The notes under the pieces were generated by a model. The model was not told the DNA's origin, ran no database searches, and saw only the letters and a list, made by a program, of their open reading frames with translations. From the NCBI GenBank assembly GCA_964610025.1, contig CAZSTX010000003.1:11080-75079 (forward strand): 64,000 nt of DNA, given 5' to 3'. Shown piece by piece: positions 38,195 to 51,644 of this stretch. The position numbers and the translations under genes were made by a program. Position 1 is the first letter of the stretch, and each line of letters starts with the position of its first letter. Origin of the DNA: an uncultured Lentimicrobiaceae bacterium (GTDB lineage: Bacteria; Bacteroidota; Bacteroidia; Bacteroidales; WCHB1-69).

Positions 38195-41100
38195 TTATTC
38201 TTTTTTAGATGCTAATAAATTTTTATATTCTTCCATTGATCCAACAATGATATTTTCATATTCTTTAAGTCCTGTTCCGCTCGGTATAAGATGCCCAACA
38301 ATTACATTTTCTTTTAGTCCTTCAAGCTCATCAGATTTAGCATAAACAGCAGCTTCGGTTAAGATTTTTGTTGTTTCTTGGAAAGAAGCAGCAGAAATCC
38401 AACTGCGAGTTTGTAGCGATGCGCGTGTAATTCCTTGAAGTATTTGTTTACTTGTTGCAGATTGTGCATCTCTGACTTCTATTTCAGCTTTATCTTGACG
38501 TTTTAGGTATGAATTTTCATCTCTTAATTCACGCATTGAAATGATTTGCCCTTTTTGATATTTCATTGATTCGCCTGCATTAAGTACTATTTTTTTATCC
38601 CAAATATAATCGTTTTCTTCTTGAAATTCTTGCTTGTTTATTATTTCTTTTTCCAAAAAGCGTGTATCGCCTGGATCAATAATTTCAACTTTTCGCATCA
38701 TTTGCCGAACAATAACTTCAAAATGTTTGTCATTAATTTTAACTCCTTGCAGTCGATAAACTTCTTGTATTTCATTAACGATATATTCTTGCACTTTCAT
38801 AGGTCCTCTAATAGCTAATATATCAGCTGGCGTAAGTGCTCCTTCAGACAAGGGTGTTCCAGCATGTACAAAGTCATTTTCTTGTGCTAAAATTTGTTTT
38901 TTAGTTGATACAAGGTATTTTTTTTCTTCTCCTGTTTTAGAAGTAATTATAACTTCACGATTGCCACGTTTTAGTTTTTTACTAAAAGAAACTATTCCCT
39001 CTATTTCAGATACAACAGCTGGGTCGGAAGGGTTTCTTGCTTCAAACAATTCAGTAACACGCGGAAGTCCTCCGGTAATATCGCCTGATTTTCCGAATAT
39101 ACGTGGTATTTTAACTAACACACTTCCAGCTTTAACACTATCTCCATCAGCTACTTCTAAACGTGCACCAACAGGCATATCATATTCTTTGATTATTTCA
39201 TCAAATTCATTTAATATACGAATAGTTGGATTTTTTCCTTTATGCCTACTCTCAATTATTATTTTAGATGTCATACCTGTCTGATCATCTGTTTCAGTTC
39301 TATAAGTAACAGATTCTATAATGGAATCAAAAGCAACTTTCCCTGAGGCTTCTGCTATAATTAAAGCGTTAAAAGCTTCCCAATCGGCTACCAAAGTACC
39401 TTTTGTTATTTCATCGCCTGTTTGTTTATAAAGAATTGAACCATATGGTATATGATTGGTTGTTAAAACAATGCGTGTGGTTTTATCTAATATACGCATT
39501 TCGGCTGAACGCCCTACTACTCTTTGGCAAGGTTTTCCATTTTTTTCTATAGCTATCGCTCTGAGTTCGTCGATTTCTATTATTCCATCGTATTTTGCCT
39601 TAATATTTGTTTGGACACTCAAACTTCCAGCAGCTCCTCCAACGTGAAATGTACGTAATGTAAGCTGTGTTCCAGGTTCACCAATAGATTGAGCAGCAAT
39701 AACACCTACTGCTTCTCCTTTTTTTACCATTTTAGAAGTAGAAAGATTACGTCCATAGCATTTTGCACAAACGCCATGTTTGGATTCACATGTTAATACT
39801 GAACGTATTTCCATTTCTTCAATACCAGCATCTTCTATTTCCTTACTTATTTCTTCTGTTAATTCTTCGCCAGCTCTCGCTATCAATTCTCCCGTTTGCG
39901 GATGGTAAGTGTCGTGCAAAGCAGTACGCCCTAATATTCTTTCATATAGTGATTCTACTACATTATCATTTTTCTTAAGAACGTCTACTAAAAGTCCTCT
40001 CAAAGTACCACAATCTTCTTCAGAAATAATAACATCGTGAGCTACGTCGACAAGTCTACGAGTTAAATAACCAGCATCGGCAGTTTTAAGAGCTGTATCA
40101 GCTAATCCTTTACGTGCTCCGTGTGTCGAAATAAAATATTCTAAGACTGAAAGTCCTTCTTTAAAGTTAGCAAGAATTGGATTTTCAATAATTTCGCCTC
40201 CTGTCGAACCTGCTTTTGAAGGTTTTGCCATTAATCCACGCATACCCGATAATTGTCGTATTTGTTCTTGTGAACCACGTGCTCCCGAATCAATCATCAT
40301 ATATACAGAATTAAATCCTTGGCGATTTTCAGAGAGTTTTTCCAATAAAATGCGGCTTAATTTAGCATTGGTATGTGTCCATATATCAATTATTTGATTA
40401 TAACGTTCATTATCTGTAATTAATCCACTATGATAATTGAACATGACTTCGTCTACTTGTTGATTAGCATCATTTATTAAGGTTTCTTTTTCTTCTGGAA
40501 TAATAACATCGCCTAAGTTAAACGAAAGTCCTCCTTTAAATGCCATTTTAAATCCTAAATCTTTAATATCGTCAAGAAATTTTGCTGTTTGAGCTGTTCC
40601 TGACTTCTTTAAAATACTTCCTATAATATCACGTAAAGATTTTTTAGTTAATAATTCGTTGATATAAGGATGTCCTTTGGGTACTACTTCATTAAAAAGA
40701 ATACGTCCAACAGTGGTTTCAATTATTTTTAAAGTATTGTCTCCTTTTATATCAACTTTACATTTAATAATTGCATTTAAGTGTAGTTTATTTTCATTGT
40801 ATGCCATAATGACTTCTTCTGGAGAATAAAATAATTTCCCTTCTCCTTTAATCAATACACTATCAGAAGATTTTAGTTCTTTAGTCATATAATATAATCC
40901 TAAAACCATATCTTGCGATGGAACTGTAATTGGTGCTCCATTTGCAGGGTTTAATATATTATGAGAAGCTAACATAAGCAGCTGTGCCTCTAAAATAGCA
41001 GCGTTTCCTAATGGTACGTGTACAGCCATTTGGTCTCCATCAAAGTCGGCGTTAAAAGCAGTACAGGTTAAAGGGTGTAATTGAATAGCTTTTCCTTCTA

Positions 41101-42463
41101 CTAATTTAGGTTGAAAGGCTTGAATTCCTAAACGGTGTAGTGTAGGAGCTCTATTGAGTAATACAGGATGCCCTTTTAAAATATTTTCTAATATATCCCA
41201 TATAACAGGATCTTTTCTATCAACAATTTTTTTTGCCGATTTAACAGTTTTTACAATTCCTCTTTCTAATAGTTTTCTTATAATAAATGGTTTAAATAAT
41301 TCAGATGCCATGTATTTAGGTAAACCACACTCGTTTAATCTAAGTTCTGGACCTACAACAATTACTGAACGTCCTGAATAATCAACACGTTTTCCTAATA
41401 AATTTTGACGGAAACGTCCTTGCTTTCCTTTTAAACTATCAGACAAAGATTTTAAGGCTCTAGCATCTGACCTATAAGCATTTGTCTTACGTGAATTATC
41501 AAACAATGAATCTACAGCTTCTTGTAACATACGTTTTTCATTACGCATAATAACGTCGGGAGCTTTAATATCCATTAGTCTTTTCAAACGATTATTACGG
41601 ATAATAACTCTACGATAGAGTTCGTTTAAATCAGAAGTTGCAAAGCGACCTCCATCTAAAGGTACTAATGGTCGTAGTTCTGGTGGCATAACAGGAATGA
41701 CTTTCATTATCATCCATTCTGGTTTATTTTCAATTCTTTTTCTGCTATCTCTAAAGGCTTCGAAAACATGCAATCGTTTAAGTATATCTTGTTTTCTTTG
41801 TTGTGAGGTTTCTGTACTTGCTTTGTATCGCAAATCGAACGATTCTTTATCTATATCTATCTGTAGCACTATATCCAAAATGGCTTCAGCTCCCATTTTA
41901 GCAATAAATTTATTAGGGTCGCTGTCTTCTAAGAAAGCATTTTCTTTCGGTATTCTTTCGATTATTTCATAATATTCTTCTTCGGATAAAAGGTCTAATT
42001 TATTAATACCTAATTCTACGGCAGCGCCAGCTTGAATTACAACTAATTTTTCATAATAGATGACAGCTTCTAATTCTTTAGATGCCATTCCAACAAAAGC
42101 GCCAAGTTTATTAGGTAATGATTTAAAAAACCAAATATGAACAATTGGGATTATTAATTGGATATGTCCCATGCGTTCTCTTCTTACTTTTCTTTCTGTA
42201 ACTTCAACTCCACAGTGATCACAAACTATTCCTTTATAGCGAATCCGTTTATATTTTCCACAATGGCATTCCCAATCTTTTACTGGACCAAAAATGCGTT
42301 CACAAAACAAACCGTCGCGTTCTGCTCTATAAGTGCGATAATTAATGGTTTCTGGTTTGGTAACTTCTCCTTTAGATTGTTCAAATATCGATTCCGGAGA
42401 GGCTAAACTAATTGTAATTTTCGAAAAATCTTTTCTTATATTTGTATCTTTTCTAAATGCCAT
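38195..42463 (-). CDS. rpoC: DNA-directed RNA polymerase subunit beta'
   Basis: 1422 aa with the zinc motif [23 protein letters not shown], the catalytic NADFDGDQM, and trigger loop/bridge helix regions. Confidence 0.99.
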   Translation of the reverse strand: MAFRKDTNIRKDFSKITISLASPESIFEQSKGEVTKPETINYRTYRAERDGLFCERIFGPVKDWECHCGKYKRIRYKGIVCDHCGVEVTERKVRRERMGHIQLIIPIVHIWFFKSLPNKLGAFVGMASKELEAVIYYEKLVVIQAGAAVELGINKLDLLSEEEYYEIIERIPKENAFLEDSDPNKFIAKMGAEAILDIVLQIDIDKESFDLRYKASTETSQQRKQDILKRLHVFEAFRDSRKRIENKPEWMIMKVIPVMPPELRPLVPLDGGRFATSDLNELYRRVIIRNNRLKRLMDIKAPDVIMRNEKRMLQEAVDSLFDNSRKTNAYRSDARALKSLSDSLKGKQGRFRQNLLGKRVDYSGRSVIVVGPELRLNECGLPKYMASELFKPFIIRKLLERGIVKTVKSAKKIVDRKDPVIWDILENILKGHPVLLNRAPTLHRLGIQAFQPKLVEGKAIQLHPLTCTAFNADFDGDQMAVHVPLGNAAILEAQLLMLASHNILNPANGAPITVPSQDMVLGLYYMTKELKSSDSVLIKGEGKLFYSPEEVIMAYNENKLHLNAIIKCKVDIKGDNTLKIIETTVGRILFNEVVPKGHPYINELLTKKSLRDIIGSILKKSGTAQTAKFLDDIKDLGFKMAFKGGLSFNLGDVIIPEEKETLINDANQQVDEVMFNYHSGLITDNERYNQIIDIWTHTNAKLSRILLEKLSENRQGFNSVYMMIDSGARGSQEQIRQLSGMRGLMAKPSKAGSTGGEIIENPILANFKEGLSVLEYFISTHGARKGLADTALKTADAGYLTRRLVDVAHDVIISEEDCGTLRGLLVDVLKKNDNVVESLYERILGRTALHDTYHPQTGELIARAGEELTEEISKEIEDAGIEEMEIRSVLTCESKHGVCAKCYGRNLSTSKMVKKGEAVGVIAAQSIGEPGTQLTLRTFHVGGAAGSLSVQTNIKAKYDGIIEIDELRAIAIEKNGKPCQRVVGRSAEMRILDKTTRIVLTTNHIPYGSILYKQTGDEITKGTLVADWEAFNALIIAEASGKVAFDSIIESVTYRTETDDQTGMTSKIIIESRHKGKNPTIRILNEFDEIIKEYDMPVGARLEVADGDSVKAGSVLVKIPRIFGKSGDITGGLPRVTELFEARNPSDPAVVSEIEGIVSFSKKLKRGNREVIITSKTGEEKKYLVSTKKQILAQENDFVHAGTPLSEGALTPADILAIRGPMKVQEYIVNEIQEVYRLQGVKINDKHFEVIVRQMMRKVEIIDPGDTRFLEKEIINKQEFQEENDYIWDKKIVLNAGESMKYQKGQIISMRELRDENSYLKRQDKAEIEVRDAQSATSKQILQGITRASLQTRSWISAASFQETTKILTEAAVYAKSDELEGLKENVIVGHLIPSGTGLKEYENIIVGSMEEYKNLLASKKE

Positions 42464-42513
42464 GAGTTATATTTTTTTCTAAAAAATTCAAAATTAAATT
42501 ATACATTAGTAAA

Positions 42514-45500
42514 TTATTCAAAAGTTATATTTAAACACAAACTTTTTAATTCATTTACTAAAACATTAAATGATTCTGGTAAGTTAGGTTTTGGCATATT
42601 GTCTCCTTTAACAATTGCTTCGTAAGCCTTAGCTCTTCCTACTACATCATCCGATTTAACAGTAAGGATTTCTTGTAAAATATTAGACGCTCCAAAAGCT
42701 TCAAGCGCCCACACTTCCATTTCTCCAAAACGTTGTCCTCCAAATTGTGCTTTTCCTCCTAAAGGTTGTTGCGTTATTAATGAATAAGGACCTATAGAAC
42801 GGGCGTGCATCTTATCGTCAACAAGATGGTGGAGTTTCATCATATAAATACAACCTACTGTAATTGCTTGCTCAAATCGTTCACCTGTTCCTCCATCATA
42901 TAAATACACACTTCCATTTTCAGGCAATTCGGCTTTTTTAAGATATTCATTGACTTGTTCGATGTTTGCACCATCAAAAATAGGTGTTGAAAAATGCAAT
43001 CCTAATTTTTTTCCAGCCCATCCCAATATTGTTTCATAAATCTGACCAATATTCATACGCGAAGGTACTCCTAATGGATTAAGTACTATATCAACAGGTG
43101 TCCCATCTTCCATAAATGGCATGTCTTCTTCGCGAACTATACGTGCAATAATTCCTTTATTACCGTGTCGTCCTGCCATTTTATCTCCAATTTTCAACTT
43201 TCGTTTATTTGCTACATATACTTTTGCCATTTGCACAATACCTGCTGGCAATTCATCGCCAATAGTAATAGCAAATTTTTTGCGTGTATAGAGAGCATTT
43301 AATATTCTAATTTTTTCATTATAATTAGAAACCACTTGCGCCACCAAATTATTCACTTTAGCATCTGTAGTCCAAGCTGTTAAAATAGCACTATTAAAAT
43401 CTATTGTGTTCAGTATTTTTTGAGAAAATTTAATTCCTTTAGGGACAAAGATATTATTAAGATTGTCATGTACTCCATGCGATAATTTTCCTTCTAAAAT
43501 CTTATATAATTTTAAAACTAATTTTTCTTTTAATATTTCGCACTCTTTTTCTTGTTGTAACTCAATATCATTAATGGTATCTTTTTCTTTAACTTTTCGT
43601 TTTTGAGTTTTTACCATACGAGAGAAAAGACGATTTTCTAATACAATTCCTTCCATAGATGGAGGTGCTTTTAAAGAAGCGTCTTTTACGTCTCCTGCTT
43701 TATCGCCAAAAATAGCTCTTAATAATTTTTCTTCTGGCGTAGGATACGATTCTCCTTTTGGAGTAATCTTTCCGATTAAAATATCGCCTTCTTTTACATG
43801 TGCACCAACGCATACAATTCCATTTTCGTCAAGATCTTTTGTTACGTCTGAACTTACATTAGGAATATCGTTTGTTAATTCTTCTATTCCACGTTTTGTA
43901 TCTCTTACTTCCAAAGTAAACTCATCAATATGTATAGAAGTAAAAATATCTTCTTTTACAATTTTTTCAGAAATAACGATAGCGTCTTCAAAATTATAGC
44001 CTTTCCATGGCATAAATGCTACCATTAAATTTTTCCCTAATGCTAACTCTCCTTGCGCTGTTCCGTATCCTTCTGTAAGCACTTGTCCTTTTTCAACTTT
44101 TTGTCCTTTTTTTACTATTGGAATAATATTAATAGTAGTACTTTGATTAGTGCGTTGAAATTTGGATAAATAATATATTTTAGTATTTGAATCGAAGCTG
44201 ACAAGTTCTTCTTTTTGACTTCTATTATATTTAATACGAATTTGTGCTGCATCAACATATTCTACAACGCCATCACTTTCAGCATATATCTGAGAACGTG
44301 AATATTTAGCGACTTTGCTTTCGATTCCTGTTCCTACTATTGGTGCTTCTGTTTTCAACAAAGGCACAGCTTGACGCATCATATTTGAGCCCATTAAAGC
44401 ACGGTTAGCATCGTCATGTTCTAAAAAAGGAATGAGCGAAGCGGCAATAGAAGTAATTTGGTTAGGAGCAACATCAATAGCATTAACTTCTTCTGGTTTT
44501 ACTATCGGAAAGTCTGCCAATTGTCTAGCTTTCAATCTTTGTTGATTAAAAACTCCTGTTTTTTCATTAATATCTTCTGTTGCTTGTGCAATAACTAAAT
44601 TTTCTTCTTCTGCACTCAAATAAACTGCTGGCTGGTCATAAAACACCTTTCCATTTTCAACTTTTCTGTAAGGTGTTTCTATAAATCCTAAACGATTTAT
44701 TTTAGCATATACACATAAAGAAGATATTAAACCAATATTAGGTCCTTCAGGTGTTTCTATTGTACACAAACGACCATAGTGGGTATAGTGCACATCACGG
44801 ACTTCAAATCCTGCTCTTTCTCGCGATAGCCCACCTTGCCCTAATGCCGAAATACGTCTTTTATGAGTTATTTCTGCTAATGTATTGGTTTGATCCATAA
44901 ATTGAGAAAGTGCATTTGTTCCAAAAAACGAATTAATGACTGAGGATAAAGTTTTGGCATTAATAAGATCGGCAGGTGTAAACAATTCATTATCGCGTAC
45001 ATTCATTCTATCTCGAATAGTACGTGCCATGCGTGACATACCTATGCTAAATAAATTTATTAATTGCTCTCCTACAGTTCTAACTCTACGATTACTAAGG
45101 TGATCTATATCGTCAACTTCAGCTTTTGAATTTATAAGTTCAATCAAGTATTTAATAATAGATATAATATCTTCTTTGGTTAAAATACGTATATCATCTG
45201 AAATATTTAACCCTAATTTTCTATTAATTTTAAATCTTCCCATTTCTCCTAAGTCATAACGCTTGTCAGAGAAAAATAATCTTTCAAATACTGATCTAGC
45301 CGTTTCCTCATCGGGGGGTGCGGTATTACGTAATTGAAAATAAATATATTCAATAGCCTGCTTTTCAGAATTAGTTGGGTCTTTCTGTAAAGTATTAAAA
45401 ATCACAGAATAATCTAATGAATCAGCATCTACTTTATGAATAAAAATAGTTTTTATTTTATTATTTGCAATTAAATTAATATGTTTTTCTTCTAGAATTG

Positions 45501-46314
45501 ATTCTCTTTCAATTAAAATTTCAGTACGTGGGATAGTTACTATCTCACCTGTTTCTTCGTCAACAAAGTCTTCGTCCCAAGTTTTAACAACACGAGCAGC
45601 TAGTTTTTGCCCTAGTAATTTTTTCAAATTCGACTTGGTAGCTTTTTCTTCTTTTGCCATATTAAATATGGTAAGAATATCTTTATCAGATTCATATCCT
45701 ATAGCACGAAGTAATGTCGTTACAGGTAATTTCTTTTTTCTGTCAATATAAGCATACATTACATTCGAAATATCAGTAGTAAATTCTATCCATGATCCTT
45801 TGAATGGAATAATACGTGCTGAGTAGAGTTTGCTTCCATTAGTGTGAAATGACAATCCAAAGAACACTCCAGGCGATCTATGCAATTGAGAGACAATGAC
45901 TCTTTCTGCTCCATTAATAATAAATGTGCCTTTTTCTGTCATATAGGGAATGAGTCCTAAATACACTTCTTGAATAATGGTTTCAAAATCTTCGTGATCT
46001 ACGTCTGTACAATAAAGTTTTAGTTTAGCTTTAAGGGTAACGCTATAGGTTAAGCCTCTTTCAATACATTCTGTTGTAGAATAGCGAGGTGCATCAACAA
46101 AATAATCTAAAAATTCAAGTACAAAATTATTTTGAGTATCTGATATAGGAAAGTTTTCTTGAAAAACTTTATACAACTCCTCTTGGTATCTTAATTCTGG
46201 ACTAGTATTTATTTGAAAAAAATCTTTGAACGATTTTAGTTGAATATCTAAAAAATCAGGATATTCAAATTGTGCCGACGAGGCAAAGCTTATACGTTTT
46301 GTATTATTAACCAA
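42514..46314 (-). CDS. rpoB: DNA-directed RNA polymerase subunit beta
   Basis: 1266 aa with the Rif-region [30 protein letters not shown] and C-terminal [18 protein letters not shown]. Confidence 0.99.
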   Translation of the reverse strand: MVNNTKRISFASSAQFEYPDFLDIQLKSFKDFFQINTSPELRYQEELYKVFQENFPISDTQNNFVLEFLDYFVDAPRYSTTECIERGLTYSVTLKAKLKLYCTDVDHEDFETIIQEVYLGLIPYMTEKGTFIINGAERVIVSQLHRSPGVFFGLSFHTNGSKLYSARIIPFKGSWIEFTTDISNVMYAYIDRKKKLPVTTLLRAIGYESDKDILTIFNMAKEEKATKSNLKKLLGQKLAARVVKTWDEDFVDEETGEIVTIPRTEILIERESILEEKHINLIANNKIKTIFIHKVDADSLDYSVIFNTLQKDPTNSEKQAIEYIYFQLRNTAPPDEETARSVFERLFFSDKRYDLGEMGRFKINRKLGLNISDDIRILTKEDIISIIKYLIELINSKAEVDDIDHLSNRRVRTVGEQLINLFSIGMSRMARTIRDRMNVRDNELFTPADLINAKTLSSVINSFFGTNALSQFMDQTNTLAEITHKRRISALGQGGLSRERAGFEVRDVHYTHYGRLCTIETPEGPNIGLISSLCVYAKINRLGFIETPYRKVENGKVFYDQPAVYLSAEEENLVIAQATEDINEKTGVFNQQRLKARQLADFPIVKPEEVNAIDVAPNQITSIAASLIPFLEHDDANRALMGSNMMRQAVPLLKTEAPIVGTGIESKVAKYSRSQIYAESDGVVEYVDAAQIRIKYNRSQKEELVSFDSNTKIYYLSKFQRTNQSTTINIIPIVKKGQKVEKGQVLTEGYGTAQGELALGKNLMVAFMPWKGYNFEDAIVISEKIVKEDIFTSIHIDEFTLEVRDTKRGIEELTNDIPNVSSDVTKDLDENGIVCVGAHVKEGDILIGKITPKGESYPTPEEKLLRAIFGDKAGDVKDASLKAPPSMEGIVLENRLFSRMVKTQKRKVKEKDTINDIELQQEKECEILKEKLVLKLYKILEGKLSHGVHDNLNNIFVPKGIKFSQKILNTIDFNSAILTAWTTDAKVNNLVAQVVSNYNEKIRILNALYTRKKFAITIGDELPAGIVQMAKVYVANKRKLKIGDKMAGRHGNKGIIARIVREEDMPFMEDGTPVDIVLNPLGVPSRMNIGQIYETILGWAGKKLGLHFSTPIFDGANIEQVNEYLKKAELPENGSVYLYDGGTGERFEQAITVGCIYMMKLHHLVDDKMHARSIGPYSLITQQPLGGKAQFGGQRFGEMEVWALEAFGASNILQEILTVKSDDVVGRAKAYEAIVKGDNMPKPNLPESFNVLVNELKSLCLNITFE

Positions 46315-46375
46315 TGTTATAGTTTTTTAATGTTTACGATAAGAAAAATTTAAAGAACGTTTATTTTTTTAGAAT

Positions 46376-46410
46376 ACATATAAGATCCCAACGTTTGGAA
46401 TCTTATATGT
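46376..46410 (-). promoter_or_regulatory. 11-bp-stem hairpin in the rplL-rpoB intergenic region (candidate attenuator)
   Basis: ACATATAAGAT (46376-46386) pairs with ATCTTATATGT (46400-46410). Its position is analogous to the rplL-rpoB attenuator of other bacteria. There is no clear U-tract. Confidence 0.4.
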
Positions 46411-46428
46411 AAAAGGGATAATATTTAA

Positions 46429-46803
46429 TTATTTAATTTCTACTTCAGCTCCGATTTCTTCTAAAGATTTTTTTAATCCTTCGGCTTCATCTTTAGTAAC
46501 ACCTTCTTTTAATGGTTTTGGAGCAGCATCAACTAATTCTTTTGATTCTTTCAAACCAAGACTAGTTAATTCTTTTACTAACTTAACAACTGCTAATTTT
46601 TGTGCACCCGCTGCTTTTAAAATAACATCGAAAGATGTTTTTTCTTCTACTTCTTCTGCTGCGCCAGCTGCTACTGCTGGACCTGCTACTACTGTTGCTG
46701 CTGGTTCAATTCCATACTCTTCTTTTAAAATTTGTGCTAATTCATTAACTTCTTTAACTGTTAAGTTAACTAATTGTTCTGCAAAAGCTTTTAAATCTGC
46801 CAT
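46429..46803 (-). CDS. rplL: 50S ribosomal protein L7/L12
   Basis: 124 aa with an Ala-rich hinge and the C-terminal domain [19 protein letters not shown]. Confidence 0.98.
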   Translation of the reverse strand: MADLKAFAEQLVNLTVKEVNELAQILKEEYGIEPAATVVAGPAVAAGAAEEVEEKTSFDVILKAAGAQKLAVVKLVKELTSLGLKESKELVDAAPKPLKEGVTKDEAEGLKKSLEEIGAEVEIK

Positions 46804-46848
46804 TTTTTTTATTTTTTTAAATTGTTTTTTTTTACTTTATTTAATTAA

Positions 46849-47364
46849 TTATTTTTCAGAGAGTGTCTTTACGATACCTGCTAGTTTGTCTCCACCTGAT
46901 TGTAATGCTGAAATTACATTTTTAGCTGGGGATTGCAACATGCCAATAATATCTCCAATAAGTTCCTCTCTTGATTTAAGATTGTATAACACATCTATTT
47001 GATTGTCTCCCAAATAAATTGATTGCTCAATAAATGCTGCTTTTAAAACAGGGGTAGAAAGTTTTTTACGGAAGTCTTTAATTATTTTTGCTGGTAAATT
47101 ACTTGTTTCAGACAACATAATTGCAGAGTTTCCTTTGAGAGCTGGATACATTTCTGAATAGTCCGTATCTAATTGTTGCATAGCTTTCTTTAAAAGTGTA
47201 TTTTTTACTACTTTTAATTTCACTTTTCTACGAAAACAAATTCTTCGTAATTCGTTACTTTTAGCGACGGTTAATCCAGTTAGGTCAGCTACATAAATGT
47301 TATTACAAGTTGATAATAGACTTGCTATTTCATTAATGGTTTTTATTTTTTCTTCTTTTCGCAT
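46849..47364 (-). CDS. rplJ: 50S ribosomal protein L10
   Basis: 171 aa, sitting between rplA and rplL, with an L10-like sequence. Confidence 0.93.
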   Translation of the reverse strand: MRKEEKIKTINEIASLLSTCNNIYVADLTGLTVAKSNELRRICFRRKVKLKVVKNTLLKKAMQQLDTDYSEMYPALKGNSAIMLSETSNLPAKIIKDFRKKLSTPVLKAAFIEQSIYLGDNQIDVLYNLKSREELIGDIIGMLQSPAKNVISALQSGGDKLAGIVKTLSEK

Positions 47365-47375
47365 AATAGATTTTG

Positions 47376-48071
47376 TTATAATGTAACTGATTTCACATCT
47401 ACTTGCACACCTGAACTCATAGTGCTTGATAAGTAAATACTTTTAATATAAGTACCTTTAGCAGCTGTTGGTTTTAATTTGATAATGGTTTGGATTATTT
47501 CTTTTGCATTATCAACAATTTTATCATTTGTAAATGATACTTTTGCAATTGCTGCATGAATAATACCATATTTATCAACTTTAAAATCTATTTTTCCAGC
47601 TTTTACATCTTCTATAGCCTTAGCAATATCCATAGTAACGGTACCTGCTTTTGGATTAGGCATTAACCCACGTGGTCCTAATATTTTACCCAATGCCCCT
47701 ATTTTAGGCATAACATTAGGCATAGTAATTATCACGTCCACATCGGTCCATCCTTCTTTGATTTTTTGGATATATTCGTCCAAACCAACATAATCGGCTC
47801 CCGCAGCTTTTGCCTCATCTTCTTTTTCAGGAGAAATAAGTGCAAGCACTCGTTTAACTTTTCCTGTGCCATGCGGTAATGTAACAATACCTCTTACCAT
47901 TTGATTAGCTTTTCGTGGGTCTACGCCTAATCGTACATCAATATCCACTGAAGCATCAAATTTCGTATAGGTAATGTCTTTCATAATTTGAATTGCATCA
48001 GCTAAAGCATAGATTTTTGATAAATCATGTTTTGCTAAAGCTTCTTTGCGTTTCTTTGGTATTTTTGCCAT
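47376..48071 (-). CDS. rplA: 50S ribosomal protein L1
   Basis: 231 aa with [16 protein letters not shown]. Confidence 0.98.
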   Translation of the reverse strand: MAKIPKKRKEALAKHDLSKIYALADAIQIMKDITYTKFDASVDIDVRLGVDPRKANQMVRGIVTLPHGTGKVKRVLALISPEKEDEAKAAGADYVGLDEYIQKIKEGWTDVDVIITMPNVMPKIGALGKILGPRGLMPNPKAGTVTMDIAKAIEDVKAGKIDFKVDKYGIIHAAIAKVSFTNDKIVDNAKEIIQTIIKLKPTAAKGTYIKSIYLSSTMSSGVQVDVKSVTL

Positions 48072-48101
48072 TTTTTGATTTTTTGTGATTTTGTTTAAGA
48101 A

Positions 48102-48545
48102 TTAATTTACAAAAGGATTTGCTCCTTTAACAGTAACGCCCATACTACGTGCTGTACCAGCCACCATTTTCATTGCCGACTCGACAGTAAAACAATTTAA
48201 GTCGTTCATTTTTGATTCAGCAATAGTGCGTACCTGCTCCCATGTAATAGCTGCTACTTTTGCGCGGTTAGGTTCTGCAGAACCTTTTTTAAGTTTTGCA
48301 TTTTCCATAATCTGAATAGCAACTGGCGATGTTTTTAAGATAAAGTCAAATGACTTATCTTTATAAACAGTAATAATTACAGGGATTACCTTCCCGGCTT
48401 GGTCTTGTGTACGAGTATTAAACTGTTTGCAAAATTCCATAATATTAACGCCTTTTGCTCCCAGTGCTGGGCCAACAGGCGGTGATGGATTTGCAGCACC
48501 TCCTTTAATTTGTAATTTTATAAGTCCTGCTACTTCTTTTGCCAT
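48102..48545 (-). CDS. rplK: 50S ribosomal protein L11
   Basis: 147 aa with [15 protein letters not shown]. Confidence 0.98.
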   Translation of the reverse strand: MAKEVAGLIKLQIKGGAANPSPPVGPALGAKGVNIMEFCKQFNTRTQDQAGKVIPVIITVYKDKSFDFILKTSPVAIQIMENAKLKKGSAEPNRAKVAAITWEQVRTIAESKMNDLNCFTVESAMKMVAGTARSMGVTVKGANPFVN

Positions 48546-48593
48546 TTTTTAATTAATTTAATATTAATAATAATGTATTATTCCTTTCAATTT

Positions 48594-49145
48594 TTAAGAT
48601 TCTTTTGTAACTTGATTAAATCTTAGTTCTAATGGTGTCTTTCTGCCAAAAATTTTCACCGTAACTTTTAGCTTCTTTTTTTCATCATTAATCTCTTCTA
48701 TAATACCACTAAAACTATTGAAAGGTCCATCAATAACTGTAATAGCTTCTCCTACAATGAAAGAGGGTACTAATTCTTCTTCCATTTCCATAAGCTCATC
48801 AACTTTTCCTAACAATCGCATGACTTCTGTTTCTCGCAATGCTTCAGGGTCGTTAGTTCCAAGAAAACCCATTACACCAGGAGCTTGTCGTAGCAAATGC
48901 TTTACTTCTAATAGCGACATATCGGCTTCTACAAATACATAGCCGGGATAAAAGTTTTTTTCTTTCGTTATTTTTTTTCCATTTCGAATTTGATAAACTT
49001 TTTCGACAGGAACTAATACTTGCGATACATAATCTTGTAATCCTTTCTTTAAAACTTCACTTTCGATGTGTTGTTTTATTTTTCTTTCATGACCTGTAAT
49101 GGCTCTTAAAACGTACCATTTCTTTTCTGTCTCGCTCATATTCAA
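48594..49145 (-). CDS. nusG: transcription termination/antitermination factor NusG
   Basis: 183 aa with KKWYVLRA at the NGN start and a KOW domain near the C-terminus. Confidence 0.95.
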   Translation of the reverse strand: MNMSETEKKWYVLRAITGHERKIKQHIESEVLKKGLQDYVSQVLVPVEKVYQIRNGKKITKEKNFYPGYVFVEADMSLLEVKHLLRQAPGVMGFLGTNDPEALRETEVMRLLGKVDELMEMEEELVPSFIVGEAITVIDGPFNSFSGIIEEINDEKKKLKVTVKIFGRKTPLELRFNQVTKES

Positions 49146-49232
49146 AAAACGTTATTAATAGATTTATTTATGCAACACATCTTTCAAAAAAAAATATTTT
49201 TTGGGAAGCAAGACGTGTTGTTTTTTTCTTTT

Positions 49233-49457
49233 TTAAGCACCATATAAAAACCCTAACAATCCTTTCCAAATAAATTGACCAAAATGTATTTTTTGGATAC
49301 CAAATGAAAAATCCATAATGAATATAATAACTGCAATAATTAAAGAAGCTATTGAAACAACTATAGCACTATTTTGCAGTTCATTCCAAGAAGGCCAAGA
49401 GACCTTTTGTGTTAATTCAAGATATGAATCTTTAAAGTATGAAATTATTTTTTTCAT
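49233..49457 (-). CDS. secE: preprotein translocase subunit SecE
   Basis: 74 aa with ELTQKVSWPSWNEL followed by a single TM. It sits between tRNA-Trp and nusG. Confidence 0.85.
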   Translation of the reverse strand: MKKIISYFKDSYLELTQKVSWPSWNELQNSAIVVSIASLIIAVIIFIMDFSFGIQKIHFGQFIWKGLLGFLYGA

Positions 49458-49489
49458 TATATTGTTATATTTTTATATTCCTTATATTG

Positions 49490-49560
49490 CAGGAGCAGTA
49501 AGACTCGAACTCACATCTACGGTTTTGGAGACCGCTATTCTACCTTTGAACTATGCTCCT
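49490..49560 (-). tRNA. tRNA-Trp (anticodon CCA)
   Basis: Minus strand AGGAGCATAGTTCAAAGGTAGAATAGCGGTCTCCAAAACCGTAGATGTGAGTTCGAGTCTTACTGCTCCTG folds as a cloverleaf. The anticodon loop is CTCCAAA and the T-loop is TTCGAGT. Confidence 0.9.
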
Positions 49561-49608
49561 TTACACTAAGAAATTACTAAACAATAATTTCTAATGTAAT
49601 AATAGCTC

Positions 49609-50796
49609 TTAATCTAATATTTCAGTAACTTGCCCAGCACCTACAGTTCTACCACCTTCTCTGATAGCAAAACGTAAGTTCATGTTCATAGCAATTTCTG
49701 CAATCAAATGTACTTCAATAGTTAAGTTGTCTCCTGGCATAACCATTTCAACTCCTTCGGGCAATGTTATTTCGCCTGTAACGTCTGTAGTTCTAAAATA
49801 GAATTGAGGACGATATTTATTATGAAATGGTGTATGACGGCCACCTTCTTCTTTTTTCAATATATATACTTCTGCTTTAAAATGTTTATGAGGTTTAATA
49901 GAACCTGGTTTAGCAATAACCATTCCACGGCGTATTTCATCTTTATCTATTCCTCTCAATAACAAACCTGCATTATCACCTGCTTCACCTTCGTCTAATA
50001 TTTTACGAAACATTTCAACTCCTGTAACAACAGATTTTAATTTTTCTGCACCCATACCGATAATATCAACAGGTTCGCCAGTTTTAATAATACCTGTTTC
50101 GATACGTCCTGTGGCTACTGTTCCACGTCCAGTAATAGAAAATACGTCTTCGATAGGCATTAAAAATGGTTTGTCTTTATCGCGTACTGGCAATGGAATC
50201 CAAGTATCAACAGCATTCATAAGTTCCATAATAGAATCAGTCCATTTGGGCTCACCATTAAGTCCGCCTAATGCAGAACCTCTAATAACGGGGGTATTGT
50301 CTCCGTCAAATTTATAAAAGCTTAATAGATCACGTATTTCCATTTCAACTAGTTCTAACAATTCTTCATCGTCGACCATGTCTACTTTGTTCATAAAAAC
50401 GACTAATCTTTTTACCCCAACTTGACCAGCTAAAAGAATATGCTCTCTTGTTTGTGGCATAGGTCCGTCAGTAGCAGCTACTACTAATATAGCACCGTCC
50501 ATTTGAGCTGCTCCTGTAACCATATTTTTAATATAGTCAGCGTGTCCAGGACAATCAACGTGTGCATAGTGTCGATTTTCAGTTTGATATTCTACGTGAG
50601 ATGTGTTAATAGTAATACCACGTTCTTTTTCTTCAGGTGCATTATCAATAGAATCGAAAGAGCGAGCTTCTGAAAATCCTTTTTCAGCTAATACTTTTGT
50701 AATAGCGGTTGTTAAAGTTGTTTTACCATGGTCTATATGACCAATTGTTCCGATATTTACGTGTGCTTTGGAACGTTCAAATTTTTCTTTTGCCAT
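49609..50796 (-). CDS. tuf: translation elongation factor Tu
   Basis: 395 aa with [17 protein letters not shown] and NKVD motifs. Confidence 0.99.
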   Translation of the reverse strand: MAKEKFERSKAHVNIGTIGHIDHGKTTLTTAITKVLAEKGFSEARSFDSIDNAPEEKERGITINTSHVEYQTENRHYAHVDCPGHADYIKNMVTGAAQMDGAILVVAATDGPMPQTREHILLAGQVGVKRLVVFMNKVDMVDDEELLELVEMEIRDLLSFYKFDGDNTPVIRGSALGGLNGEPKWTDSIMELMNAVDTWIPLPVRDKDKPFLMPIEDVFSITGRGTVATGRIETGIIKTGEPVDIIGMGAEKLKSVVTGVEMFRKILDEGEAGDNAGLLLRGIDKDEIRRGMVIAKPGSIKPHKHFKAEVYILKKEEGGRHTPFHNKYRPQFYFRTTDVTGEITLPEGVEMVMPGDNLTIEVHLIAEIAMNMNLRFAIREGGRTVGAGQVTEILD

Positions 50797-50853
50797 TTTA
50801 ATTGATTTTTGGGTGTTTTTTTATATTCAAAATTATTTTTTACGAGAATTTAG

Positions 50854-50925
<72 letters not shown>

Positions 50926-50933
50926 TTCCCTTG

Positions 50934-51006
50934 AGCGGAAGACGGGGCTCGAACCCGCCACCTAAAGCTTGGAAGGCTTTCGCTCTACCAAATGAGCTAC
51001 TTCCGC
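50934..51006 (-). tRNA. tRNA-Gly (anticodon TCC)
   Basis: GCGGAAGTAGCTCATTTGGTAGAGCGAAAGCCTTCCAAGCTTTAGGTGGCGGGTTCGAGCCCCGTCTTCCGCT, with anticodon loop CTTCCAA. Confidence 0.92.
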
Positions 51007-51033
51007 TTGTGAGATAAAAATGTTTTTTTAAAG

Positions 51034-51115
51034 TGGGGGGAGGAGGATTCGAACCTCCGAAGGCTTCGCCAACAGATTTACAGTCTGCCCCATTTGACCG
51101 CTCTGGTATCCCCCC
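51034..51115 (-). tRNA. tRNA-Tyr (anticodon GTA), long variable arm
   Basis: GGGGGGATACCAGAGCGGTCAAATGGGGCAGACTGTAAATCTGTTGGCGAAGCCTTCGGAGGTTCGAATCCTCCTCCCCCCA, with anticodon loop CTGTAAA. Confidence 0.92.
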
Positions 51116-51143
51116 AGTTAAAAGTTTTATTTCAAAGAACTTG

Positions 51144-51217
51144 AGCCACTAGAGGGATTCGAACCCCCGACCCGCTGATTACAAATCAGCTGCTCTGGCC
51201 AGCTGAGCTACAGTGGC
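51144..51217 (-). tRNA. tRNA-Thr (anticodon TGT)
   Basis: GCCACTGTAGCTCAGCTGGCCAGAGCAGCTGATTTGTAATCAGCGGGTCGGGGGTTCGAATCCCTCTAGTGGCT, with anticodon loop TTTGTAA. Confidence 0.92.
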
Positions 51218-51254
51218 TTTTTCATCCTAAAACTTAGAATAAAAAAACGGATTG

Positions 51255-51262
51255 CAAATGTA
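51255..51262 (-). promoter_or_regulatory. -7 promoter box TACATTTG for the tRNA-tuf operon
   Basis: Plus strand CAAATGTA, 38 nt upstream of the first tRNA 5' end. Confidence 0.45.
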
Positions 51263-51644
51263 CAACTTTTTTAAATAGCAAATAACTTTTTTTATAAAAA
51301 AAACACATTTATTATAATTGAATGAAAATCAAATAATAAAGCTAATATATGAAAACAAAAACTACCTTAAATCAAAATAAAATTATAAAAATCGTTTTCC
51401 TTTTGGAAACTTTTTATATTTAAAGCTAAAAAAATGAAATTCTTTTTTTTTGATAATTCGTTTAAATTTTACAAAATATTAAGACCTAAATCTACATTAA
51501 AATATAACTTAATATTATTTTAATTTAAAAAACTAAAAATAAATAATAGCAACATTTTTTTTTTGATAAAGAAAAAAAATGTAATTTTGCATGTTTGTTT
51601 ATTTTAACATTTTATTTTATTTTAATTCTCGAAAAGAATTTAGT